NCBI GenBank assembly: GCA_966112835.1
Contig: CBHWEI010000001.1
Location: 1-49,904, forward strand
Length of the DNA stretch: 49,904 nucleotides
Reading direction: 5' to 3'
Origin: an uncultured Acidimicrobiaceae bacterium
GTDB lineage: Bacteria > Actinomycetota > Acidimicrobiia > Acidimicrobiales > Ilumatobacteraceae
Shown: positions 26,548-34,731 of the stretch, piece by piece
Numbering within the stretch: the first letter of the stretch is position 1
How the letters are laid out: each line of letters starts with the position of its first letter
Notes under the pieces: model-generated
What the model was told of the DNA's origin: nothing
Databases searched by the model: none
Seen by the model: the letters and a program-made list of their open reading frames with translations, nothing else
Made by a program: the position numbers and the translations under genes

Positions 26548-26948
26548 CGTGACTTCCCGAGGACCAGCGTGCCGAAGTCGCCACGCGAGTTGCTGAGCTT
26601 GATGGTGATCTGCTGCAGGCCGAGGTCCGTCGTGCACGTCGACCCGAAGCCGGCGGGCAGCTTGCCGTCCCAGTACGAGAGCGTGACGGTCGTGGTGTAG
26701 CCCGTGGGCTTCGTCGCCGCGCTGTAACTGGTGGGCGTCGCGCAGTCGACGTACTTCTGATCGAGGAGCCGCTCCGCGTAGTTGCGGATCTCGGTGTCGA
26801 TCTGCGCGTTGGCGCGCTGGGTCGCCTGGATCTTGAAGAACAGACCCAGGCCACCGAACACCGCGCCGAACGCCACCGCCATGAGGGTGATGGTCACCAG
26901 CAGCTCGATGAGCGTGTAGCCCTGATCGTGGCTACGTCGAGCGTCCAT
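26544..26948 (-). CDS. Prepilin-type (pseudo)pilin, 134 aa
   Basis: Leader MDARRSHDQG followed by YTLIELLVTITLMAVAFG (Glu at +5). Two Cys in the C-terminal half. A GGAGGGGGAG Shine-Dalgarno lies inside the pilC 3' end. Confidence 0.75.
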   Translation of the reverse strand: MDARRSHDQGYTLIELLVTITLMAVAFGAVFGGLGLFFKIQATQRANAQIDTEIRNYAERLLDQKYVDCATPTSYSAATKPTGYTTTVTLSYWDGKLPAGFGSTCTTDLGLQQITIKLSNSRGDFGTLVLGKSR

Positions 26949-26950
26949 GA

Positions 26951-28162
26951 CTACTTCACTCCCCCTCCGAGTGAGCCGTACATGGCCTGCACCAGCGAGA
27001 TGGCGACGAAGCCGACGACCACGCCGACGATGATGATGATCGCCGGCTCGAAATACGTGGTGAGCCGCTTCAGTTTGTACTCCAGCTCGCGGCCGTAGAA
27101 GTTGGCCGCGTTCTCGAGCTGTTCGGCGAGGGTGCCCGATGCCTCGCCCACGGCGATCATCTGCAGCGCCGCGTCGGGGAACAGGTCCACGCTCGCCAGC
27201 GGTTCGGCCAGGCCTTCGCCGGCCAGCACCGCTTCCTGTACGGGAATGAGCCGCTCCTCGAACACCAGGTTGTCGGCGCTCTGCACCGCCGCGGTCATCG
27301 CGTCGGCCACCGGCACGCCGGCCTGCCACAGGGTGGACAGGATGCGGCAGACGCGTTCGACGCTGGCGTACAGCGCGATCTCGCCGATGAGCGGGATCTT
27401 CAGGATCATCTTGTCGCGCATGTAGCGACCCTTCGCCGACCGCTTCAGCCACTGGAGGAAGCCGACGAAGGCCCCGATGGCGATGACGTACAGCCACCAG
27501 TAGTTCGCCGAGAAATCGGCGAAGTTGATCATCAGCTGGGTGGTGAACGGCAGCTCGGTGCCGAGCGACTTGAACAGGTCGACGAACTTCGGCAGCACGA
27601 AGACGGTGAGGATGATGACCGACACCAACGACATGCCGATGATGACCATCGGGTACGCCATCGCCGACTTCACCCGCGCCTTGGCCTCGAGCTCGCGCTC
27701 CATGTAGCCGGCCAGCTGTGCCAGCGCGTCGTCGAGACGACCGGTGAGGCTGGCGGACCGCACGACGCCCACGTAGTAGCGCGGCAGCACCTTCTGGTGC
27801 TCGGCGAGCGCGTCCTCGAAGGGCATGCCCTCACGCACGTCGTCGCGCATCTGGTGGAGCATGTCCGCGAGCGTCGGGTTCGGGGTGTTCTTGGCGATGA
27901 GGTCGAGCCCGTCGATGATGCTCAGACCGGCACCGAGGAACGCCGCCATCTGGTTCGTGAAGTGGAGGATCTCCATCGGCTTGACGCGCTGCTTCTTCAG
28001 CGTCAACTCGCGGCGCAGCAACGGCTCCTTGAGCGTGATGCTCTGCACGTCGAGGTTGGCGAGCAGCAGCTTCTTGCGGGCATCGGACTCGTCGAACGCC
28101 TCGATGTACCGCTTGTCGGTCGCGCCGTGCACGTCGACGGCCACGTACTGGAACCTGGACAT
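26951..28162 (-). CDS. pilC: Type IV pilus / T2SS platform protein (PilC/GspF family)
   Basis: 403 aa with two GspF-type repeats and three TM segments (e.g. AMAYPMVIIGMSLVSVIILTVFVLP and YFEPAIIIIVGVVVGFVAISLV). The ATG at 28162 shares one base with the pilB TGA. Confidence 0.9.
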   Translation of the reverse strand: MSRFQYVAVDVHGATDKRYIEAFDESDARKKLLLANLDVQSITLKEPLLRRELTLKKQRVKPMEILHFTNQMAAFLGAGLSIIDGLDLIAKNTPNPTLADMLHQMRDDVREGMPFEDALAEHQKVLPRYYVGVVRSASLTGRLDDALAQLAGYMERELEAKARVKSAMAYPMVIIGMSLVSVIILTVFVLPKFVDLFKSLGTELPFTTQLMINFADFSANYWWLYVIAIGAFVGFLQWLKRSAKGRYMRDKMILKIPLIGEIALYASVERVCRILSTLWQAGVPVADAMTAAVQSADNLVFEERLIPVQEAVLAGEGLAEPLASVDLFPDAALQMIAVGEASGTLAEQLENAANFYGRELEYKLKRLTTYFEPAIIIIVGVVVGFVAISLVQAMYGSLGGGVK

Positions 28163-29979
28163 CAGATCACCACCACCGTTCGGAGGACTTCGGTCAGCGT
28201 GGTCGTGCCGGCCAGCGCGAGGTCGACGGCACAGCGGGCCATGGTCCGCATGCCTTCCTGCTCGGCGGCGCGACGCACGTCGGTCTGGCTGGCATGGTCG
28301 ACCATGAGACGACGGATGGTGTCGTTCACGGCCAGAACCTCGTACACACCGACTCGTTCGAAGAAGCCGGTGTCGCGGCAGAAGTTGCAGCCGCGGCCCT
28401 TCATGAACTTCGCATCGGAGGGGAGGTCGCCGACGACCTTCTCGAGGAACGCCATCTCCTCCACCGCCGGCTGGTACTGCTCGGAGCAGCGCGGGCAGTT
28501 GCGGCGGACCAGTCGCTGACCGACCACACCGGTGAGCGACGAGGCGAGCAGGAAGGGCTCGATGCCCATGTCGAGGAAGCGGTGCAGCGCGGCCGCGGCG
28601 TCGGTGGCGTGCAGCGACGACATGACGAAGTGGCCGGTGAGCGCGGCCTGCACGGCGATGCGGGCGGTCTCGACGTCGCGGATCTCGCCCACCAGGATGG
28701 TGTCGGGGTCCTGTCGCAGCAGCGCACGCAGGCCGGTGGCGAACGTCAGGCCGGCCGCCTCGTGGATCTGGATCTGGCTGATGCTGGGGATGACGTACTC
28801 CACCGGGTCCTCGATGGTGGCCACCTTGCGGCTCTCGTCGTTGACGGCCGACAGGGTGGCGTACAGCGTGGTGGTCTTGCCGGAACCGGTCGGGCCGGCG
28901 CACACCACCAGGCCGAACGGCAGGCGGATGAGGTCGCGGTAGCTGGCCTCGGCCGCCTCGGGCATGCCCAGGCGCGAGAGCTCGTACAGGCTGCGTCGCT
29001 TGTCGAGCAGTCGCATGACCACCATCTCGCCGAACACGGTCGGCGACGTGGCCACGCGGATGTCGATCTCGCGGCCGAGCGTCTCGGTGGTGAAGTTGCC
29101 GTCCTGCGGGCGGCGGCGCTCGACGATGTTCAGGTTGGCCATCACCTTGATGCGGGACAGCAGCGGCTGCCCCATGCTGATCGGCAGGGTCATCACTTCG
29201 CGGAGCGCGCCGTCGGTGCGCAGCCGCACGCGGACGCACTCGTCGGACGGCTCGATGTGCACGTCGCTGGCACGCTCGCGGGTGGCCTGCTCGAGGATGA
29301 GGTTGATGACACGCACCACCGGCGCGTTCTCGTCGACCATGTTGTTGTACGTCGGTGCGATGGCCGTGGACTCGCGCTTGCGCTGCTCGGCGCGCTCTTC
29401 GAACACGCGCAGTGCCTCGTCCATCTCGCCCACCTTCACGTGGACGGCGGAGATCATCTCCAGGATGTCCAGACCGGCGGCCACCTGCAGGCGCACCGGA
29501 GCGCTGAGGATGGTGATGAGTTCCTGTTGCAGTTCCGACGCGTACGGGTCGGCGACGGCGACGACGATGCGCTCGCCGTCGCGGCGCACCGGCACCGCGA
29601 CGAGACGCTTGGCGTCGCTCTCGGACAACAACTGAGCGACGTCTCGGTCGACGTTCTCGTGGGCCAGGTCGACGAGTTCGAGGCCCGACTGCTCGGCGAG
29701 CGCCTCCGCGAGTTCACGCTCGGTGAGCAGACCCAGGCTGACGAGCGTCGCGCCCAGCCGCTGACCGTGTGTGCTCTGCGTCAGCAGTGCGCTCCGCAAC
29801 TGCTCCGAGTTCACCAGTCCACGGGCGGCCAGCAGGTCGCCCAACTTCTGCGGTTCGCCCGGCTTGGTGCCCGGGCGTGCACCGGTGTTGACCGGCCCCG
29901 CCTCGCCGCTGTACGGCTTCACTTTCCCGCCCCGCCGTTGCGGCTGGGTCGTCACGGTGCTCTCGGTGTCCCTGCTCAC
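28162..29979 (-). CDS. pilB: Type IV pilus / T2SS assembly ATPase (PilB/GspE family) with an N-terminal MshEN-type domain
   Basis: Walker A GPTGSGKTTTLYA, Walker B region ILVGEIRD and a tetracysteine CPRC...CNFC. The N-terminal domain carries tandem RLGxxL..G..L..L..Q motifs. I prefer the GTG at 29979, which is preceded by AGAAGG, but the ATG at 30039 is possible. Confidence 0.9.
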   Translation of the reverse strand: MSRDTESTVTTQPQRRGGKVKPYSGEAGPVNTGARPGTKPGEPQKLGDLLAARGLVNSEQLRSALLTQSTHGQRLGATLVSLGLLTERELAEALAEQSGLELVDLAHENVDRDVAQLLSESDAKRLVAVPVRRDGERIVVAVADPYASELQQELITILSAPVRLQVAAGLDILEMISAVHVKVGEMDEALRVFEERAEQRKRESTAIAPTYNNMVDENAPVVRVINLILEQATRERASDVHIEPSDECVRVRLRTDGALREVMTLPISMGQPLLSRIKVMANLNIVERRRPQDGNFTTETLGREIDIRVATSPTVFGEMVVMRLLDKRRSLYELSRLGMPEAAEASYRDLIRLPFGLVVCAGPTGSGKTTTLYATLSAVNDESRKVATIEDPVEYVIPSISQIQIHEAAGLTFATGLRALLRQDPDTILVGEIRDVETARIAVQAALTGHFVMSSLHATDAAAALHRFLDMGIEPFLLASSLTGVVGQRLVRRNCPRCSEQYQPAVEEMAFLEKVVGDLPSDAKFMKGRGCNFCRDTGFFERVGVYEVLAVNDTIRRLMVDHASQTDVRRAAEQEGMRTMARCAVDLALAGTTTLTEVLRTVVVI

Positions 29980-30126
29980 TCGGACCTTCTTTCGATGCTG
30001 CCGCCGCACCTGGTGCGGCCTGGATCTACATCGGCTCACCTACAGACGATCTTGAGGGACTGTTGAGCAATCGAACAGAGTCTCTGGTCATTCCCGGCCT
30101 GGGGCGGAGCACCAGGAACGTCCTTG

Positions 30127-30175
30127 GGGCGCCACGCAGGGCGCCCGGGAACCACGCACGGCGGGATTCCCGCCG
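30127..30175 (-). terminator. Two GC hairpins directly downstream of moaA (candidate terminator separating moaA from the pil operon)
   Basis: The first hairpin is GGGCGCC-ACGCAG-GGCGCCC (30127-30146). The second is CGGCGGGA-T-TCCCGCCG (30159-30175), 8 nt after the moaA stop. There is no U-tract. Confidence 0.35.
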
Positions 30176-30182
30176 GCGAAGC

Positions 30183-31202
30183 TCAACCGCCGATCTGGCT
30201 CATCGTGCGACGCGGCCGGACGAACGTGACCTGGTTGATCTGGTGGCCCGCCCACTTCGTGCCCACGGCCCGCTGGATCTCGGCGGCCAGGTCGTCGTCG
30301 GTGGCGCCGTCGCGCATGAGGCGCAGCAGGTCGAACTCGGTGGTGGCGAACAGGCAGGTGCGGAACTGGCCGTCGGCCGTCAGGCGCACCCGGTCGCAGT
30401 CGTCGCAGAACGGCTTGGTGACGGTGGGGATGACCCCGACCGTGCCCTTGCCGTCGAGGTAGCGCCACTGGCTGGCCGGGGCGGCGCCCTGGGCCGGCAG
30501 TTGCTCGAGCGGGAACACGGCGTGGAGGGCCGCGACGATCTCGTCCTGGCCGACCACCTTGTCGTTCACCCAGTGACCGGTCGCGTCGAGCGGCATGAAC
30601 TCGATGAACCGCACCTCCACGTCGCGGTCGCGGCCGAACCGGGCCAGATCGACGATCTCGTCGTCGTTCACGCCCCGCTCGACGACGGCGTTGATCTTCA
30701 CCGGCGAGAAACCGGCCTCCTTGGCGGCCTCGATGCCGTCGAGCACGTGCTCGAGCTCGTCGCGCCGGGTCATCTGCTCGAAGCGGGCCCGGTCGAGGGT
30801 GTCGAGGCTGATGTTCACGCGGTCCAGGCCGGCGGCCCTCAGCTCGTGGGCGAGGTTGCGGAACGTGGCCCCGTTCGTGGTGATCGACAGGTCGGGCTTT
30901 CGACCGGCGTACGGCGACGACGAGTGCTCGGGCACCCGCAGCTTCGCCAGCTTCTGCACGAGCAGGGTCATGTGGGCCCGGATGGTGGGCTCGCCACCGG
31001 TGAGGCGCAGGCCGTCGACCTCGAACCGCTCGACGAAGATGCGCGCCAGGCGCTCGATCTCCTCGAATGACAGGACCTCGCTGCGCGGCAGCCACTTCAT
31101 GCCTTCCTCCGGCATGCAGTACGTGCAGCGGAAGTTGCACCGGTCGGTGACCGAGATGCGCAGATCGCGGATCGTCCGTCCGAAGGGGTCGATCAGGTCC
31201 AT
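30183..31202 (-). CDS. moaA: GTP 3',8-cyclase MoaA (radical SAM)
   Basis: MDLIDPFGRTIRDLRISVTDRCNFRCTYCMP contains the CxxxCxxC cluster motif. Also LTGGEPT. 339 aa. Confidence 0.9.
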   Translation of the reverse strand: MDLIDPFGRTIRDLRISVTDRCNFRCTYCMPEEGMKWLPRSEVLSFEEIERLARIFVERFEVDGLRLTGGEPTIRAHMTLLVQKLAKLRVPEHSSSPYAGRKPDLSITTNGATFRNLAHELRAAGLDRVNISLDTLDRARFEQMTRRDELEHVLDGIEAAKEAGFSPVKINAVVERGVNDDEIVDLARFGRDRDVEVRFIEFMPLDATGHWVNDKVVGQDEIVAALHAVFPLEQLPAQGAAPASQWRYLDGKGTVGVIPTVTKPFCDDCDRVRLTADGQFRTCLFATTEFDLLRLMRDGATDDDLAAEIQRAVGTKWAGHQINQVTFVRPRRTMSQIGG

Positions 31203-31206
31203 GTGA

Positions 31207-32439
31207 TCAAACTACCCACAGGAGCATCGTTCGGACAGAGGCGCCCGCCGCGATGCCGTCACCGTCGGGGACGACCGCGATGGCATTGGCCAGCGAGGTG
31301 GCGGCCAGCTGGTGGCTGCCCTGGGCCCCCACCGAGCGGATGTGCACCCGGCCGTCGTCGTGGAACGAGGCGAACACCCGCTGCAGGTGCAGCTTGCCGT
31401 CGGGACGCCGCGACAATCCGTCGTCGGCGATGGCGTCGACCATGGGCCGGTCGGGGTGGGGCAGACCGGCCATCTGGCGGAGCGCGGGGCGGGCCATGAA
31501 CTCGAAGCTCACCAGCGAACTGACCGGGTTGCCCGGCAGGCCGAACACCGGCACCTGGCGGCCGTCGGACGCGGCGAGCAGACCGAACGCGAACGGCTTC
31601 GCCGGGCGGATGGCGATCTGCATCCACTGCATGTCGGCGATGCGCGACAGCACCGCCTTCACCACGTCGTAGTCGCCCATGCTGACGCCACCGCTGGTGA
31701 CGATGGCATCGCACGTGTCGGCCGCCGACCGCAGCACCGCTTCCAGCGCCGCTTCGTCGTCGCGCACGATTCCCAGGTCCACCGCGTCGCAGCCGGCGTC
31801 GCGCACCAGCCCGTGCAACATGGTGCGGTTGCTCTCGCGGATCTGCCCGGGCTGCAGGGGGCCGCCGTCGTCGATCAGTTCGTCGCCGGTGCTGAGCACC
31901 GCCACCCGCACCTGCGGCACCACCGACACCACCGCGGCGTTCACGCTGGCCAGCACCGCGGCGACGGCCGGGGTGACGAGCGTGCCGGCGGAGTACAGCT
32001 CGGTACCCACACGGACGTCGTCGCCGGCGGCACGCACCGCCGCACCGGCGTCGATGGGGCGGAGCACCCGGACGCGGTTCCCGCCGTCGAGGCGCTCGGT
32101 GTCCTCCACCATCACGACCGCATCGGCGCCCGCCGGGATGGGCGCACCCGTCATGATGCGGATTGCCTCGCCGGGGCCGAGCACGCGGTCGGTGTACCCG
32201 CCTGCGGCCACCTCGTCCACCACCGGCAGCTCGACCGGGGCGGACGCCACCGACTCGGCGATGACGGCATACCCGTCGACCGCGCTGTTCGCGAACGGGG
32301 GGACGTCCTCGGCAGCCACGACGGGCGCGGCGAGCACGCAGCCGATGGCCTCACGGAACGGCAGTTCACGCGGCGCGAGCGCCGGGGTGCGCTGCAGGAC
32401 GTGGTCGCGGGCGTCGTCGAGAGGGATCACGGTCGCCAC
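31207..32439 (-). CDS. moeA: Molybdopterin molybdenumtransferase MoeA
   Basis: Strings PPFANSAVDGYAV, RIMTGAPIPAGADAVV and VTSGGVSMGDYD. Start is the GTG at 32439 (alternative 32430). The stop lies 4 nt before the moaA start. Confidence 0.85.
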   Translation of the reverse strand: MATVIPLDDARDHVLQRTPALAPRELPFREAIGCVLAAPVVAAEDVPPFANSAVDGYAVIAESVASAPVELPVVDEVAAGGYTDRVLGPGEAIRIMTGAPIPAGADAVVMVEDTERLDGGNRVRVLRPIDAGAAVRAAGDDVRVGTELYSAGTLVTPAVAAVLASVNAAVVSVVPQVRVAVLSTGDELIDDGGPLQPGQIRESNRTMLHGLVRDAGCDAVDLGIVRDDEAALEAVLRSAADTCDAIVTSGGVSMGDYDVVKAVLSRIADMQWMQIAIRPAKPFAFGLLAASDGRQVPVFGLPGNPVSSLVSFEFMARPALRQMAGLPHPDRPMVDAIADDGLSRRPDGKLHLQRVFASFHDDGRVHIRSVGAQGSHQLAATSLANAIAVVPDGDGIAAGASVRTMLLWVV

Positions 32440-32455
32440 GGTACCGTGGGCACGG

Positions 32456-33025
32456 ATGACCGCATACGCCGCCCTCACCGACGCCCACGGCCCCGACGGC
32501 CACGTCGTGCGCTGGGCGGTGGGCGACGGACCGCATCTCGACACCACCACCATCCGCTGGGAGAACGAGGGCTACACGGTGTCGGGGCGCCTGGACCGCG
32601 AGCAGGTGGAGTACGTGCTGCGGTTGTCGGCCACGTGGCAGGTGCGCCAGTTCATCCTGTTCCGCGACCTGGAGGAGCCCGACCTGTGGCTCGCCACCGA
32701 CGGCGCCGGCCGCTGGGGCGAGATGAACGGCGCGCACCGCACCGAGCTCGACGGCTGCTACGACGTGCACCTGGCCTGTGCGGCGTTCACCGTGTCGTTG
32801 CCCATCCGGCGGCTGCCGCTGCTCGACGGGCACACCGCCGAGATCCCCGTGGTGGTCGTCGACACCGAGACGCTCGAGGTGCGTGCAGTCACGCACCGCT
32901 ACACCCGGGTGGATGCGCTGCACTGGCGCATCGAGACCGACGACCCTGCCACCACCGCCACGGTCGAGCTCGACGCGCACGGCCTGGTGCGGGACTACCC
33001 CGGCGGGTTCCGCCGGCTGTCGTAG
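32456..33025 (+). CDS. Conserved hypothetical protein, probably the 'putative glycolipid-binding' DUF family
   Basis: ATG at 32456, 189 aa. The string FTVSLPIRRLPL and the overall layout resemble that family as I remember it. This is not verifiable here. Confidence 0.5.
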   Translation: MTAYAALTDAHGPDGHVVRWAVGDGPHLDTTTIRWENEGYTVSGRLDREQVEYVLRLSATWQVRQFILFRDLEEPDLWLATDGAGRWGEMNGAHRTELDGCYDVHLACAAFTVSLPIRRLPLLDGHTAEIPVVVVDTETLEVRAVTHRYTRVDALHWRIETDDPATTATVELDAHGLVRDYPGGFRRLS

Positions 33026-33753
33026 AGCTCGCGCAGTTCCTCGCCATCGGCCAGCTTGCGCAGCGGCTCGCGCAGGGTGACCAGGCTGACCTCGTCGATG
33101 TGGTCGCGCAGCCAGGCCGACACCTCGCGCGGATGGTGCGGGGCCACTTCCCGCAGCACCCAGCCGATGGCCTTGCGCACGAAGAACTCGGTGTCGGGCA
33201 GCAGCCGCTCGGCGAAGTCGAACAACACGTCCAGCTGGTCGCCGCGGCGCACGGCCGACCGCAGCCCCAGCACGGCCGAGCGCCGCATCCAGAAGTCGCG
33301 GTCCGTCACCCAACGGTCCAGCTCGGCGATGACGGACGGCGAGCGAGGCACCAGGTCGGCAACCACCAGCCCCGCGAGCGGGTCGACCAACGCCCACGTG
33401 CGGCACTCGCGCAGGTGCTGCTCGAGCCACGGCATGTCGTCGGCGTCGATGCGCCGGGGTACGGCCTGCAGCAGCTCGATCGCGGCGAGTCGCAACTCGT
33501 GCACCGGCTGCTCCCACAACGCGTCGGCGATGGCGAACAGGTCGTCGTGGGCCACCTGCGGATGGTGACGCACCCAGTTGCGCACCACCCGGCGCACCGC
33601 GGGGACGGGTGCACCGACATGGCGGAGCTGACTCTTCAGGTACGACCGCTCGGCGGCCGCCCGTTGCGGTGAGCCGAACTCACCGATCTGGGCGAGCAGG
33701 TCGCTCGCGACTCGTTGCGGGTCGAAGTCAGCGTCGGGCGTCGAGCCACTCAC
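32995..33753 (-). CDS. DNA alkylation repair (AlkD-like HEAT-repeat) protein
   Basis: 252 aa and helical. Strings YLKSQLRHVGAPVP, ELRLAAIELL, FWMRRSAVLGL and FFVRKAIGWVLRE are typical of the family. GTG start at 33753. Confidence 0.65.
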   Translation of the reverse strand: MSGSTPDADFDPQRVASDLLAQIGEFGSPQRAAAERSYLKSQLRHVGAPVPAVRRVVRNWVRHHPQVAHDDLFAIADALWEQPVHELRLAAIELLQAVPRRIDADDMPWLEQHLRECRTWALVDPLAGLVVADLVPRSPSVIAELDRWVTDRDFWMRRSAVLGLRSAVRRGDQLDVLFDFAERLLPDTEFFVRKAIGWVLREVAPHHPREVSAWLRDHIDEVSLVTLREPLRKLADGEELRELYDSRRNPPG

Positions 33754-34591
33754 GGAACGACTCTCCGATGTCGGGATCGGCCAATGCCAACTCGACCACC
33801 GCGGTCAGCCAGCCGAGCGGGTTCCCCGTGTCGAACCGGCGCACCCTGCTGAGCACCCCGTGGAACGGTCCGCTCTCGGCCTGCATGCGCAATGCGTCGG
33901 TGAGCTGGATCTCGCCGCCGGCGCCGGGCTGTACCTCGGCGATGCGGTCGAACACGTCGGGGGTGAGGACGTAACGGCCGATGATGATGAGACGGCTGGG
34001 TGCGTCGGCGGCGGCCGGCTTCTCGACCATGGTGGCGACGGGCAGCACGCCGTCGTCGGTGAGCGGACCGGCGGGTGTGACCACGCCGTACGCGCTGACC
34101 TGCTCGAGGGGCACCTCCATGAGCCCCACCACGCTGCCACCCGTGGACTCGCACAGGTCGACCATCTGGGCCAGCAGCGAACTGTCGCCCATGAGCTCGT
34201 CGGGCAGCATGACGGCGAACGGCTCGCCGCCCACCAGCTCGCGGGCGCAGCCGACGGCGTGCCCCAGACCGAGTGCGACGTCCTGGTAGGCGAAGCTCAC
34301 GCGCAGGTCGCGACCGACCCGCTCGAGCGTGTCGGCCATGCCATGGCGGCCGGTGCTGCGCAACTTGTCGACCACGTGCGGGGCCGGCTCGAAGTACGCC
34401 TCGACGGCCGGCTTGGCCCGGCTGGTGACGATGACCACGTGCTCGATGCCGGCACCGACCGCCTCGTCGAGCACCAGCTGCAGTGCAGGGCGGTCGATGA
34501 TGGGCAGCAGTTCCTTGGGCACCGCCTTGGTCGCGGGAAGGAAACGGGTGCCCATGCCGGCTGCGGGGATGACGGCGGTCCGGGCGCGCAT
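33728..34591 (-). CDS. galU: UTP--glucose-1-phosphate uridylyltransferase
   Basis: AVIPAAGMGTRFLPATKAVPKELLPI at the N-terminus. 287 aa. Confidence 0.9.
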   Translation of the reverse strand: MRARTAVIPAAGMGTRFLPATKAVPKELLPIIDRPALQLVLDEAVGAGIEHVVIVTSRAKPAVEAYFEPAPHVVDKLRSTGRHGMADTLERVGRDLRVSFAYQDVALGLGHAVGCARELVGGEPFAVMLPDELMGDSSLLAQMVDLCESTGGSVVGLMEVPLEQVSAYGVVTPAGPLTDDGVLPVATMVEKPAAADAPSRLIIIGRYVLTPDVFDRIAEVQPGAGGEIQLTDALRMQAESGPFHGVLSRVRRFDTGNPLGWLTAVVELALADPDIGESFREWLDARR

Positions 34592-34681
34592 ATGACGTGA
34601 GACTACGACAGCGCGATTCCGGCACGTGACTCGACCCGGACCGTGCCCGAAAGGGTGTCCGGCCGTCGGACTTGATATCGT

Positions 34682-34708
34682 TTGGCACTCGCCCTTGCCG
34701 ACTGCTAA
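34682..34708 (+). promoter_or_regulatory. CIRCE-like HrcA operator
   Basis: The sequence is TTGGCACTC-gcccttgcc-GACTGCTAA. Against the consensus TTAGCACTC-N9-GAGTGCTAA it matches 8/9 plus 8/9 with an exact 9-nt spacer. It ends 23 nt before the ATG at 34732, and a GGAG lies at 34720-34723. Confidence 0.7.
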
Positions 34709-34731
34709 TCCCCGAACTCGGAGTGCCGCGG

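Noticed and set aside
32440-32455. Moco riboswitch or other leader element upstream of the moeA-moaA operon.
   Set aside because: Only 16 nt separate the moeA start from the divergent gene start, and moaA follows moeA after 4 nt. There is no room for a ~130-nt riboswitch.
34709-34731. Possible fifth, degenerate copy of the 26-nt intergenic repeat (CCCGAACTCGGAGTGCCGCGG) upstream of the FmdB/Ruc-like gene.
   Set aside because: Only the CCCGAACTCG part matches. An indel is needed and the rest agrees at about 8 of 13 positions. The segment is better explained as the spacer carrying the GGAG ribosome-binding site right after the CIRCE element, and it lies in a divergent spacer rather than a convergent one.
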